From Candidatus Spongiisociaceae bacterium (GTDB taxonomy: Bacteria > Actinomycetota > Acidimicrobiia > Spongiisociales > Spongiisociaceae), in assembly GCA_965243165.1 (NCBI GenBank), contig OZ251535.1:1217572-1281571 (forward strand): a stretch of DNA of 64,000 nucleotides, in the 5' to 3' direction. The position numbers were made by a program, and so were the translations under genes. Shown piece by piece: positions 1 to 9,050 of this stretch. The notes beneath the pieces were generated by a model that saw only the letters and a program-made list of their open reading frames with translations, was not told the origin of the DNA and did no database searches. Numbering within the stretch: the first letter of the stretch is position 1; each line of letters starts with the position of its first letter.

Positions 1-2183
1 GCTCCGACGGCATTCCCAAGGTGGACGGCACCTTCATCTACTCCTCCGACATGTACATGGACCGGATGCTGTGGGGCGCCACGCTGCGCAGCCCCCACCC
101 CAAGGCCCGGATCACCAAGCTCGACATCGGTCCGGCCTTGGCTATGACCGGCGTCCATGCGGTCCTCACCAACGACGACGTCCCGGGCCGCAAGACCTTC
201 GGGCTGGAGCGACCCGACCAGCCGGTGCTGGGCTCCGAGGAGGTGGAGTACTGGGGCCAGCCGGTGGCGGTGTTGGCGGCCGACGACCCCGAGACCGCCC
301 GCCGGGCGGTGGAAGCCGTCGACGTCGAATACGAGGCGCCGGCGCCCCTCACCGACCCCGAAGAGGCCGACCGGATCGACTCGGTGTTCAAGCGGCAGCG
401 GTGCGTGCGCGGCCCTCAGGACCAGCGGGGGATGGTGTCGGTGGAGGGGTACTACGAGGTGGGGATGCAGGACCAGGCGCCCCTCGGCCCGGAGTCCGGT
501 CTGGCGGTTCCCGACGGGGAAGGCGGGGTCGATCTTCATATCGCCACCCAATGGACGCACATCGACCATGAACAGATCGCGGCCAGCCTGGGGCTGGAGG
601 ACGACGCCGTGCGGCTCCACCATTCGGGGGTGGGAGGGGCTTTCGGCGCCCGGGAAGACGTGAGCCTCCAGATACACCTCTGCCTGCTGGCCCTCTACAC
701 CGGCCGCCCCACCAAGATGGTCTACAGCCGGTTGGAGAGCTTCGCCGGCCACGTCCACCGGCACCCGGCCCGCCTCTGGTACCGCCACGAGGCCGACGTG
801 GACGGCGTCCTCCGGCGGGTGGAGGCCAGGATCCTGCTCGACGGCGGCGCCTACATGTCGACCAGCGCCTCGGTGCTGTCCAACGCCGTCTACCACGCGG
901 CGGGGCCCTACCGCTGCGATTCGGTGTCGGTGGAAGGCGCCGCCGTCCGCACCAACAACCCGCCCTGCGGGGCGATGCGGGGGTTCGGGGCGGTGCAGTC
1001 CTGCTTCGGCTACGAGGCGCAGATGGACAAGCTGGCCGACGCCATCGGCATGGACCGGGTGGAGTTCCGGATCAGGAACGCCCTGCGGACGGGCGACCCC
1101 CTGGCCACCACCGGGCAGGTGATCGAGACCTCGTTGCCCGCCGTGGAGCTGCTGGAGCGGGTGCGGGAGATGCCGCTGCCCGCGGACGAGCCGAGCAACG
1201 ACCCCCGCCTGTTGCCGGGCGGCACCGGCCTGACCACCCCCCGCCGGGCTGTGCGCCGGGGGGTCGGCTATGCGCTGGGGCTGAAGAACCTCTGCTTCTC
1301 CGAAGGCTTCGACGACTACTCCGAAGCCCGGGTGTGCATCACCCCCTTCGGGGTGGAGGTGCACACCGCGGCGGTCGAGGTCGGCCAGGGCCTCGGCATG
1401 ATCCTCACCCAGATCGCCCGGACGGTGCTCGGCATCCGCGACGTGGTGGTGTACTACGACGACACCTCCAAGATCGGTTCCGCCGGGGGGACTTCGGCCT
1501 CCCGCCAGACCCAGATGACCGGCGGAGCGGTGCTCGAGGCGGCCAGAATGGCCCGGGAGATCGCCCTCGCCCGGGGGGGCGGCGACGAGCTGGACGACGA
1601 AGGAGTGTGGAAGGGCGGCGAGCTGGTTGCCCCCATGAAGGAGCTGGTGGGGAGCGAACCCATCGAATACCACATCCGCTTCCACCACCCCCCCACCGAG
1701 CAGCCCGACGAGAACGGCCAGGGCAACCTGCACGTGGACTTCGCGGTGGCCGTCCACCGGGCGGCGGTGGACGTGGACCCGGAGCTGGGCCTCATCCGGG
1801 TGGTGCAGATCGACACCGTCCAAGACGTGGGCTTCATGATCAACCCCCGCTCGGTGGTGGGCCAGATCGAAGGCGGCATCATGCAGGGGGTGGGCCTCGC
1901 CGCCCTGGAGGAGATCGTGATCGAGGAGGGGGTGATCAAGAACCCCACCTTCACCGACTACCTGCTGCCCACCTTCCTGGACGCCCCCCACATAGAGGTG
2001 CAGGTGGTGGAGGAACCCAGCGCCTTCGGCCCCTTCGGCGCCAAGGGGGTGGGCGAACCCCCCACCGTGTCGTCCACCGCCGCGGTGGTGGCGGCCGTCA
2101 GGGCGGCCACCGGCCTGGAGCTGAACCGCACCCCGGTGAGGCCCGAACACATAGTCATGGCCCCCGCCGAGCGAAGCGGATAG
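1..2183 (+). CDS. Xanthine dehydrogenase/aldehyde oxidase family molybdopterin-binding large subunit (CoxL/XdhA-like), 5'-partial
   Basis: The reading frame is open from the window edge (GTG at 21 is in-frame with upstream codons). The 720 aa product has typical XDH/CoxL large-subunit sequence (N-term IPKVDG..., long molybdopterin-binding domain). Stop at 2181-2183. Confidence 0.85.
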   Translation, partial: SDGIPKVDGTFIYSSDMYMDRMLWGATLRSPHPKARITKLDIGPALAMTGVHAVLTNDDVPGRKTFGLERPDQPVLGSEEVEYWGQPVAVLAADDPETARRAVEAVDVEYEAPAPLTDPEEADRIDSVFKRQRCVRGPQDQRGMVSVEGYYEVGMQDQAPLGPESGLAVPDGEGGVDLHIATQWTHIDHEQIAASLGLEDDAVRLHHSGVGGAFGAREDVSLQIHLCLLALYTGRPTKMVYSRLESFAGHVHRHPARLWYRHEADVDGVLRRVEARILLDGGAYMSTSASVLSNAVYHAAGPYRCDSVSVEGAAVRTNNPPCGAMRGFGAVQSCFGYEAQMDKLADAIGMDRVEFRIRNALRTGDPLATTGQVIETSLPAVELLERVREMPLPADEPSNDPRLLPGGTGLTTPRRAVRRGVGYALGLKNLCFSEGFDDYSEARVCITPFGVEVHTAAVEVGQGLGMILTQIARTVLGIRDVVVYYDDTSKIGSAGGTSASRQTQMTGGAVLEAARMAREIALARGGGDELDDEGVWKGGELVAPMKELVGSEPIEYHIRFHHPPTEQPDENGQGNLHVDFAVAVHRAAVDVDPELGLIRVVQIDTVQDVGFMINPRSVVGQIEGGIMQGVGLAALEEIVIEEGVIKNPTFTDYLLPTFLDAPHIEVQVVEEPSAFGPFGAKGVGEPPTVSSTAAVVAAVRAATGLELNRTPVRPEHIVMAPAERSG

Positions 2184-2236
2184 ATCGCGGGCCGCTGTGA
2201 TGGATGGAGAACGAACCGGGCGCCGAGGGGGCTGAA

Positions 2237-2440
2237 ATGAGGGTAACCGTCCTGGTACACAAAGAAAAAGACGGCTTCTGGGCCGAAGTCCCCGATCTGC
2301 CGGGATGTTATTCCCAGGGCGACACCCGTGAAGAACTGATTCAGAACATCGAAGAAGCCATCGCCGGGTTTTTGGATGTTCCGGCGCAAGAGGCCGGTTT
2401 CCGGTGCGCAGAAGCAGGAACAGAGGAAGCAGAACTGTAA
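2237..2440 (+). CDS. HicB-like (UPF0150 family) small antitoxin-like protein
   Basis: 68 aa MRVTVLVHKEKDGFWAEVPDLPGCYSQGDTREELIQNIEEAI... matches the HicB/UPF0150 N-terminal domain pattern. The ATG at 2237 is preferred over the upstream ATG at 2204. No adjacent HicA is evident. Confidence 0.6.
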   Translation: MRVTVLVHKEKDGFWAEVPDLPGCYSQGDTREELIQNIEEAIAGFLDVPAQEAGFRCAEAGTEEAEL

Positions 2441-2467
2441 GCGGCGTCTCGATCTATGACGGAGATT

Positions 2468-2683
2468 TCACAGCCAGTCTCGGACCGGGGCGGACAGGAA
2501 GTCTTCGAGGGAGATCCCGCCGCCGCCCACCAGGATTTTGCGCACCGGTCCGTAGGCCGACGAGAAGGCCGCCAGCTCGCTCGGCTTGGGGCCGGATGTG
2601 GGTTCCGGCGGTTTCGCTCGGCATAGACCCCTCTCCGGGCTTCCCGACCCTCTGATTCCCTGTTTGCGCAGGACCTCGAGCAA
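2468..2683 (-). CDS. Hypothetical small protein (71 aa), possible partner of the HicB-like gene
   Basis: ORF with high GC3 in its 3' half, convergent with the HicB-like gene. Its 5' end abuts the AT-rich 13-mer repeat patch (possible promoter/operator). No recognisable family. Confidence 0.25.
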   Translation of the reverse strand: MLEVLRKQGIRGSGSPERGLCRAKPPEPTSGPKPSELAAFSSAYGPVRKILVGGGGISLEDFLSAPVRDWL

Positions 2684-2699
2684 CCTTGCTCGAACACCT

Positions 2700-2760
2700 G
2701 CGTAAAATTACTCAGAGCCTAGCGTAATTTTACTCAATACTATGAGTAAATTGTAGAAGG
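2700..2760. repeat. AT-rich patch with three copies of a 13-mer GTAA(A/T)TTTACTCA (two direct, one inverted)
   Basis: cgtaaaattactca ... cgtaattttactca ... tgagtaaattgta, read directly. The GC drop is striking in a about 70% GC background. Lies between convergent genes and upstream of the minus-strand small ORF. Confidence 0.45.
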
Positions 2761-2819
2761 GCTGGTCAAGGCAGTGATCGAGAGGGCTGGGAAGGCGGGA
2801 GCACGAGGACAAATGTGAT

Positions 2820-4004
2820 TCAGGCGCCCGCGCCCAGCAGCTCTTGGAGGCGGGTGAGTCCGGTCACCAGGTCCTCATCGCCCAAGGCGTAGGAGAAGCG
2901 GGCGTATCCGGGCGCCCCGAAGGCTTCGCCCGGTACGAAGGCGACCTCGGCCTCTTCCAGGCACATCGCGGCCAGCTCCAGGGCGGTGGCCGCCCGCCGA
3001 CCCAAGGCCCCTTCCACGGAGGGGAAGCAGTAGAAAGCCCCCTGGGGTTCTACGCAGCTGAAGCCGTCGATCTCCTCCAGCATGCGGTGCATGGTGCGCC
3101 GCCGCCGGTCGAAGGCCTCGCGCATGCGGTGGGCGTCGTCGAGCGGGCCGGACACCGCCGCCAGCGCCGCCGCCTGCGCAACGTTGGATACGTTGGAGGT
3201 CAGATGGCTCTGCAGCTTGACGGCGCCCTCGACCACTTCCGGCGGGCCGATCATCCAGCCCACCCGCCATCCGGTCATGGCGTAGCTCTTGGCCACCCCG
3301 TTCACCGCCACGCACCGCTCCGCCAGATCCGGCGCCGCAATCGGCAGGGAAGCGAACTCCGCCCCCCCGTAGACGAGGTGTTCGTAGATTTCGTCGGTCA
3401 GCACCCAGACGCCCCGCTCCGCCGCCCAGCGCCCGATCTCCGCCAGTTCCCCGGCGCTGTAGACGGCCCCGGTCGGGTTGGACGGCGAGACGAAGATCAG
3501 CAGCTTGGTGCGGGCCGTGCGGGCCGCCTCCAGCTGTTCGGCGGTGGTCTTGAAGCCGCTCTCCGCTCCGGCCGCGACCGGAACGGGTATCCCGCCCGCC
3601 AGGCTCACCGCCTCCGGGTAGGTGACCCAGTAGGGGGCGGGTATCAGCACCTCGTCCCCCGGATCCACCAGGCACTGGACGCCGGTGTAGACGGCCTGTT
3701 TGCCGCCGTTGGTGATGATCACCTGCGAGGCTTCTACCTCCCAGCCCGAATCCCGCCTGGTCTTGGCGGCCACCGCCTCCCGCAGGGCCGGCAGCCCGGC
3801 CGCCGGGGTGTACTTGTGCATGGCCGGGTCGGCCGCCGCCGCGGCCGCTGCCTCCACGATGGGGGCGGGGGTGGGGAAGTCGGGTTCGCCCGACCCGTAT
3901 CCGATGACCGGGCGCCCGGCGGCGCGCAGGGCGTTCGCCTTGGCGGTGATGGCCATGGTGGCCGATTCAGAAATAGCTTGTATCCGGTGTGATACTCCTA
4001 CCAT
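2820..4004 (-). CDS. aspC: Aspartate/aromatic aminotransferase (PLP-dependent, class I)
   Basis: N-terminus [46 protein letters not shown] is the canonical AspAT start. Carries the [14 protein letters not shown]-lysine motif. Start chosen at ATG 4002-4004 (the longer 705 aa ORF upstream is antisense junk). Confidence 0.85.
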   Translation of the reverse strand: MVGVSHRIQAISESATMAITAKANALRAAGRPVIGYGSGEPDFPTPAPIVEAAAAAAADPAMHKYTPAAGLPALREAVAAKTRRDSGWEVEASQVIITNGGKQAVYTGVQCLVDPGDEVLIPAPYWVTYPEAVSLAGGIPVPVAAGAESGFKTTAEQLEAARTARTKLLIFVSPSNPTGAVYSAGELAEIGRWAAERGVWVLTDEIYEHLVYGGAEFASLPIAAPDLAERCVAVNGVAKSYAMTGWRVGWMIGPPEVVEGAVKLQSHLTSNVSNVAQAAALAAVSGPLDDAHRMREAFDRRRRTMHRMLEEIDGFSCVEPQGAFYCFPSVEGALGRRAATALELAAMCLEEAEVAFVPGEAFGAPGYARFSYALGDEDLVTGLTRLQELLGAGA

Positions 4005-4064
4005 GAGACCCTCCGCGAGGCGCTCGGCCGGTGATTCCGAGCAGGAAGGATAGAGGCGGCAGAC

Positions 4065-5189
4065 ATGGCTGACGGCATATCGATTCGGATCCCGGAGGAC
4101 ATGCTCCCGGCGGACGGCCGGTTCGGGTCCGGCCCCTCCCGGGTGCCCCAGCGGTCGCTCGAGCGGCTGGCCGAGGCCGGCCCCTCCTACATGGGGACCT
4201 CCCACCGCCGCGACACCGTGCGAAGGGTGGTGGGCCGGGTGCGGGAAGGGATGGCCGAGCTGTACGGGCTCGCCGACGGGTACGAGGTGGTGCTGGGCAA
4301 CGGCGGCGCCAGCGCCTTCTGGGGAATGGCCGCCTTCAGCCTGATCGAGCGCGCCAGCCAGCACCTGAGCTTCGGGGTGTTCTCCTCCAAGTTCGCCCAG
4401 GCGGTGGAGGGCGCCCCCCACCTCGCCCCCCCCGAGGTGATCGAAGCCGCGCCCGGCGCCCACCCCCTCCCCAGGCCGTCCGACCGGATCGACCTCTACG
4501 CCCTCACCCACAACGAAACCTCGACCGGGGTAACCATGCCGGTGTCCCGGGTGGAGGGGCCGGCCATCACCCTGGTGGACGCCACCTCCGCCGCGGGCGG
4601 GATGCTGATCGACCCCGACCGATACGACGTCTACTACTTCTCGCCCCAGAAGGCGTTCGGGGCCGACGGCGGCCTGTTCGTCGCCCTGTGCTCCCCCAAG
4701 TCGATCGAGCGGATGGAGCGGATCGCCGCCTCCGGGCGCTGGATGCCTCCGTTCTTCTCCCTGGAGAAGGCGGTGTCCAACTCCCGCAAGAACCAGACCT
4801 ACAACACCCCCGCCCTGGCCACCCTCCACCTGCTGGCCCAAAACGCGGAGTGGATGCTGGAGCAGGGCGGCCTGGCCTGGGCGGCGGGCCGCTGCGCCGC
4901 CAACGCCGAGCTCCTCTACGGGTGGGCCGAGGCCCACGCCCTGGCGGCGCCCTTCGTGGCCGACCCGGCGATGCGCTCCCAGGTGAGCGGAACCATCAAC
5001 TTCGACGACCGGGTGGACGCCGGCCGGGTCGCCGCCGTCCTGCGGGCCAACGGCGCGGTCGACACCGAGTCTTATCCGTCGCTGGGCGAGAACCAGCTGC
5101 GCATCGGGATGTGGCCGACCGTCCCCCGCTCGGACCTGGAGGCGCTGCTGGCCTGCATCGATTACGTGATCGAGGCGCTTCTGGACTGA
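4065..5189 (+). CDS. serC: Phosphoserine aminotransferase (actinobacterial SerC type)
   Basis: 374 aa with aminotransferase class V features ([15 protein letters not shown]). Divergent from aspC. Confidence 0.8.
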   Translation: MADGISIRIPEDMLPADGRFGSGPSRVPQRSLERLAEAGPSYMGTSHRRDTVRRVVGRVREGMAELYGLADGYEVVLGNGGASAFWGMAAFSLIERASQHLSFGVFSSKFAQAVEGAPHLAPPEVIEAAPGAHPLPRPSDRIDLYALTHNETSTGVTMPVSRVEGPAITLVDATSAAGGMLIDPDRYDVYYFSPQKAFGADGGLFVALCSPKSIERMERIAASGRWMPPFFSLEKAVSNSRKNQTYNTPALATLHLLAQNAEWMLEQGGLAWAAGRCAANAELLYGWAEAHALAAPFVADPAMRSQVSGTINFDDRVDAGRVAAVLRANGAVDTESYPSLGENQLRIGMWPTVPRSDLEALLACIDYVIEALLD

Positions 5190-5235
5190 CCGCGCCGGGG
5201 GCGGGCGGGAGATGCCGGGGCCGGCGGGCGCTGTG

Positions 5236-5799
5236 TCAGTCGCGTCCGAACAGCTTCTTCACCCCGGAGGAGAGGTTGGAACCCACGGTGGAGGCCAGCA
5301 GCGACACCCCCTTGACGTCGGCGGCTTCGATCTCGGCGGCTTCTTCCTGGTCCGAGGCTTCCAGCTTGGCCTCCAGGCAGGCCACGAAGTCCATGATCAG
5401 CCGCTGCGACATCTGGTTGATGAGGCCGGTGCGCCCGAACTGGGCGGCCGCCCCGGAGATGGTGATGTCGGCGTCCACCACCACCTGTGAACCCCCTTCG
5501 GCGGCGGTGATGGCGTAGTCCACCTTCACCTGGCCGCGCGACCCTCCCCGCTTGTCGATGCCCTTTCCGGCGATCTGTCCGGTCATCGCCTCGGCGTCGG
5601 AGCTGACCGTGGCCTCCCCTTCGAAGCCGGCGGTCATCGGGCCGAGCTTGACCGACACCACCCCGGTGTAGACGCCGCCGCCCCGGTCTTCGGTCAGCGA
5701 GGCGCCGGGGAGGCACTGGGCCACCGAAGGCACGTCCTGGAAGAACCCGAAAACGGTCTCCGGGCTCTGGCCGACCTGGAACTCTTGGGTGATCTTCAT
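5236..5799 (-). CDS. coxG: CoxG-like SRPBCC protein (carbon monoxide dehydrogenase subunit G family)
   Basis: 187 aa starting [32 protein letters not shown]... with the typical CoxG N-terminus and length. Confidence 0.75.
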   Translation of the reverse strand: MKITQEFQVGQSPETVFGFFQDVPSVAQCLPGASLTEDRGGGVYTGVVSVKLGPMTAGFEGEATVSSDAEAMTGQIAGKGIDKRGGSRGQVKVDYAITAAEGGSQVVVDADITISGAAAQFGRTGLINQMSQRLIMDFVACLEAKLEASDQEEAAEIEAADVKGVSLLASTVGSNLSSGVKKLFGRD

Positions 5800-5896
5800 C
5801 TGGGGGCCTCCTGTCGGGTGCGGCCCTTCGAGCGCGGCGGGGCCGCCGGCGATTGTAGCAGCGGGCTGAGTTCGACCCCTTGCGCGCCGGGGCAGG

Positions 5897-7177
5897 TCAG
5901 GGATCCGACCAAGCGGGCCGGGCGGCGCGGCCCTTGTCCACGTCCACCCGGGTGAGCAGCAGGCCGCCCACCGCGAAGAAGAACACCACGGAGAGGACGG
6001 CGGGGCGCCCGGAGCCGGTGGAGGCGCTGACCACGGCGAACACCAGCGGCCCCAGGATGGTGGAGAACCGGGAGAACACGGTGTAGAAACCGAAGAACTC
6101 GGCGGAGGAGTCTTCTGGGATCATGGTGGCGTAGAGGCTGCGGCTCAGGGCCTGCACGCCTCCCAGCACCAGGCCCACCACCGCCGCTATCCCCAAGAAG
6201 GGAAGGGACTGTCCGGTCGGGAGGAAGTAGGCGAACACGGCTATCGCCGACCAGACCAGCAGCGTCGAAAGGATGGAGTTCTTGGTTCCGAACCGCTGCG
6301 CGATCTTTGCGAACAGCAGCGCCCCGCCGAAGGCGATGAACTGAACCAGCAGAAAGGCGAGGGCGATGATGGTGAGGCTCAGATCCAGGGTCTCCTCGGC
6401 GTAGGAGCCGGACAGGCTGATCACGGTCTGGGTGCCGTCGTTGTAGAAGAAGAAGGCCAAGAGGAACAGCAGCAACTGAGGGAACCGGCGCAGCTTCCGC
6501 AGGGTGGTGAAGCTGCGGCTGAATCCGGCGGCGGCGTAGGCGGGGAAAGGGCGGAGGTTGCGGAAGCGCTCCGGGAGGGGCCTGGCTTCCCCGGTTTCGG
6601 GCAGGCGGCGCAGGGCGAACTGGGAGAAGCCCAGCCACCAGACGGCGGAACCGAAAATAGCAATGCGGGCGGCGGTGGAGGTGGACAGTCCGATCAGGCC
6701 GTTTTCGCTCAGCGCGTACAGCCCCAGTGACAGCGCCAGGTAGAGGCCGCCCCCCACATATCCGAAGGCGTAGCCCTTGGACGAGACCTGATCCACCGTT
6801 TCGTCGTCGGTGAGCTGGGGCAGGAAGGCGTCGTAGAAGACGTTGCCGCCCACGAACCCGAAGTTGGCGGCCACCGCCAGGATCATGAACAGCGGCACCG
6901 CCCCGTCCGGCGCGAAGGGCATGGCCAGCGCGAAGAGGACGCCCACCGCCATGAAGTTGCGAAGGAAGCGGCGCTTGGCGGCGGCGTAGTCGGCCGCCGC
7001 CCCGAGCACCGGCATCATCAGGAAGAGCACCACCGATCCGATCGACACCACCGCCGCCCAGATGGTCTCCCCCGACCACCCGTTCCATCCGCCTTCGGGG
7101 ACGATGGTTCCCGTGAAGAACGGGGCGATGACAGCCCCCTGGGTGGTGATGAAGGCCGAGTTGGACCAGTCGTACAT
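5897..7177 (-). CDS. MFS transporter, UMF1/Atg22-like family
   Basis: Multi-pass membrane protein with the WAMYDWSNSAF motif typical of UMF1. Start placed at the ATG giving MYDWSN. The longer ORF to 7318 overlaps the neighbouring lipoprotein gene, so the start is uncertain. Confidence 0.65.
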   Translation of the reverse strand: MYDWSNSAFITTQGAVIAPFFTGTIVPEGGWNGWSGETIWAAVVSIGSVVLFLMMPVLGAAADYAAAKRRFLRNFMAVGVLFALAMPFAPDGAVPLFMILAVAANFGFVGGNVFYDAFLPQLTDDETVDQVSSKGYAFGYVGGGLYLALSLGLYALSENGLIGLSTSTAARIAIFGSAVWWLGFSQFALRRLPETGEARPLPERFRNLRPFPAYAAAGFSRSFTTLRKLRRFPQLLLFLLAFFFYNDGTQTVISLSGSYAEETLDLSLTIIALAFLLVQFIAFGGALLFAKIAQRFGTKNSILSTLLVWSAIAVFAYFLPTGQSLPFLGIAAVVGLVLGGVQALSRSLYATMIPEDSSAEFFGFYTVFSRFSTILGPLVFAVVSASTGSGRPAVLSVVFFFAVGGLLLTRVDVDKGRAARPAWSDP

Positions 7178-7372
7178 GGCCCAACCGAAGATGGTCCTGC
7201 GGTCGTTGCGCAGCGAGTCGGTCAAGGCAGGCCGCCCCCGGTCGACGGAATCGGTCAGATGCCGGGCTACGGTAGCACCTACGCGGGCGCGTCTTCGACT
7301 CGGCCCGGCCCCCTTCAACCAATCCGGGGGGGCCGGGCCGGGACCCCTCCGGCCGCGTATAGCCTGGCCCTC

Positions 7373-8836
7373 ATGAACCGATGGATGCAGGCAGCCTTTG
7401 CGCTGGGGCTGTTGCTGGCGGCCTGCGGAGGCCGGGCGGAACCGGCGGCCGTAACCGCCCCGCCGACCGCCCCCTCATCGACCGCCCCCGCAGCCGCCCC
7501 CTCAGAAGCCGCCCCCGACCCGGCGGTCCCGGCGGTTGCCGAAACGCCGCCCGCCGACTCGGCGGACGCCTCTTCTGCCGCCGCCCCGTCCTCCCTCCCG
7601 GAGGCGGGCGCCGAAGCGGACGGGGAGGAAGCGGCCGACGGGGGGGCCGAGCCGGGCGGCGCCCCCTCCGATGCGCCGGAACCGGACGCCGCGCCGCCGC
7701 CGGACTACCCGCCGGAACAGACCGAGGGGCCGGAACCGACAGGGGCGCCCGCCCCCCTGCGCTCCCTCGTCTACCGGCAGGCGGCCGAGGTGGACTTCCC
7801 CATCGACCTGGCCTCCCTGCCCGGCGCCGGCCTGCTGGTGATCGCTTCGAAGGAGGGGCGGCTGTGGCTGCACGGCGGAGAAGGCCTGCTCCCCGATCCT
7901 TTCCTCGACATCCGCGACCGGGTGCGCAACCGGGGGGAGCAGGGCCTGCTGGGGATGGCCTTCCCGCCGGACTACCCGGCTTCGGGCCGCCTGTTCCTTC
8001 ATTACACGGCCCTCGACGGGGACACCGTGCTGGCCGAATACAGGGCGGAGGGCGGATCGGCCGACCCTGCCTCCGAGGCGGTGCTGTGGCGGGTCGGCCA
8101 GCCGGCCGGCAACCACAACGGGGGAACGATCGCCTTCGGTCCGGACGGTTACCTGTACATGGGCTTGGGCGACGGAGGAGGGGCCGGCGACCGCTTCGGC
8201 CACGGGCAGAACGACCAGACCCCGCTCGGCGCCCTGCTCCGCTTCGATGTCTCCGCCCCCGGCGCCCTGTCGCCCGCGCCCGGCAACCCCTTTCCGGCCC
8301 CCGAGGTGTGGGCGGTCGGCCTCCGCAACCCCTGGCGCTTCACCATCGATTTCCCCTCCGGTCTGATAGTGACCGCCGACGTCGGGCAGGATCTGTTCGA
8401 GGAGGTCTCGATCGCGCCCGTCGCGGCGGCCGGCCTCAACTACGGCTGGCCTATCACGGAGGGCCGCCATTGTTTCCGGCCCGCTTCGGGATGCACCGCC
8501 GACGGCTTGACCCTGCCCGTCTTGGAGGTGGAGCACGGCGACGCAGGCACCTGTTCCATCACCGGCGGGGTCGTATACAGAGGCGCGGAGATCCCGGAAC
8601 TCTACGGGCACTACCTCTTCTCGGACTACTGCGGCGGCTACCTGCGCAGCTTCCCGGTCGAAGCCTTCACCGGGGCCGCCCCGCCGTACCCTCCCTTGGC
8701 CGAGCCGCCCCTCGACTGGACCGGCCAGGTAGGCGTTCCGGGCCAAGTGTCGGCGTTCGGCGTAGACGCCGCCGGAGAGGTGTACGTCCTCGTCTCCGAA
8801 GGCCGGGTGTTCCGCCTGGAGGCCCTGCGGGGCTGA
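7373..8836 (+). CDS. PQQ-dependent sugar dehydrogenase (soluble glucose/sorbosone dehydrogenase-like beta-propeller), lipoprotein
   Basis: Signal peptide plus lipobox MNRWMQAAFALGLLLAACGG. Ala/Pro-rich linker, then GSDH motifs (NHNGG, GDGGGAGD, GLRNPWRF). Confidence 0.75.
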   Translation: MNRWMQAAFALGLLLAACGGRAEPAAVTAPPTAPSSTAPAAAPSEAAPDPAVPAVAETPPADSADASSAAAPSSLPEAGAEADGEEAADGGAEPGGAPSDAPEPDAAPPPDYPPEQTEGPEPTGAPAPLRSLVYRQAAEVDFPIDLASLPGAGLLVIASKEGRLWLHGGEGLLPDPFLDIRDRVRNRGEQGLLGMAFPPDYPASGRLFLHYTALDGDTVLAEYRAEGGSADPASEAVLWRVGQPAGNHNGGTIAFGPDGYLYMGLGDGGGAGDRFGHGQNDQTPLGALLRFDVSAPGALSPAPGNPFPAPEVWAVGLRNPWRFTIDFPSGLIVTADVGQDLFEEVSIAPVAAAGLNYGWPITEGRHCFRPASGCTADGLTLPVLEVEHGDAGTCSITGGVVYRGAEIPELYGHYLFSDYCGGYLRSFPVEAFTGAAPPYPPLAEPPLDWTGQVGVPGQVSAFGVDAAGEVYVLVSEGRVFRLEALRG

Positions 8837-9050
8837 ACGGCCTTCTCTGGACGCCCGCCTCAGCCGCCGGAATCTGTCACAGGCGGGTTGTACCCTCCAT
8901 ACGCATGTTCGGCCTACACGGAATTGACGGCCCTGCGCTCAACCGCAGAGGCGCGCCGCATGGACCCATTGCCGCGTTCCCCGGCCGGGGTGCATCTACC
9001 GTATCGGGCGAAGACGGAGCGGATGTTCTCCGTTCGACGAGGATCGGCGC
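8837..9050. promoter_or_regulatory. Lower-GC intergenic region, putative promoter for the five-gene cluster starting at 9051
   Basis: 214 bp non-coding gap, lower GC than its surroundings, upstream of five co-directional, tightly spaced genes. No explicit -10/-35 assignment was attempted. Confidence 0.3.

Noticed and set aside
2844-3992. 382 aa + strand ORF overlapping aspC
   Set aside because: Antisense to a well-supported aminotransferase gene. Low-complexity Gly/Arg/Pro-rich translation typical of alternative frames in 70% GC DNA.
5796-7322. 508 aa - strand ORF in another frame overlapping the MFS transporter
   Set aside because: Arg/Pro/Gly-rich and low-complexity. The overlapping frame (5897-7177) gives a coherent 12-TM transporter.
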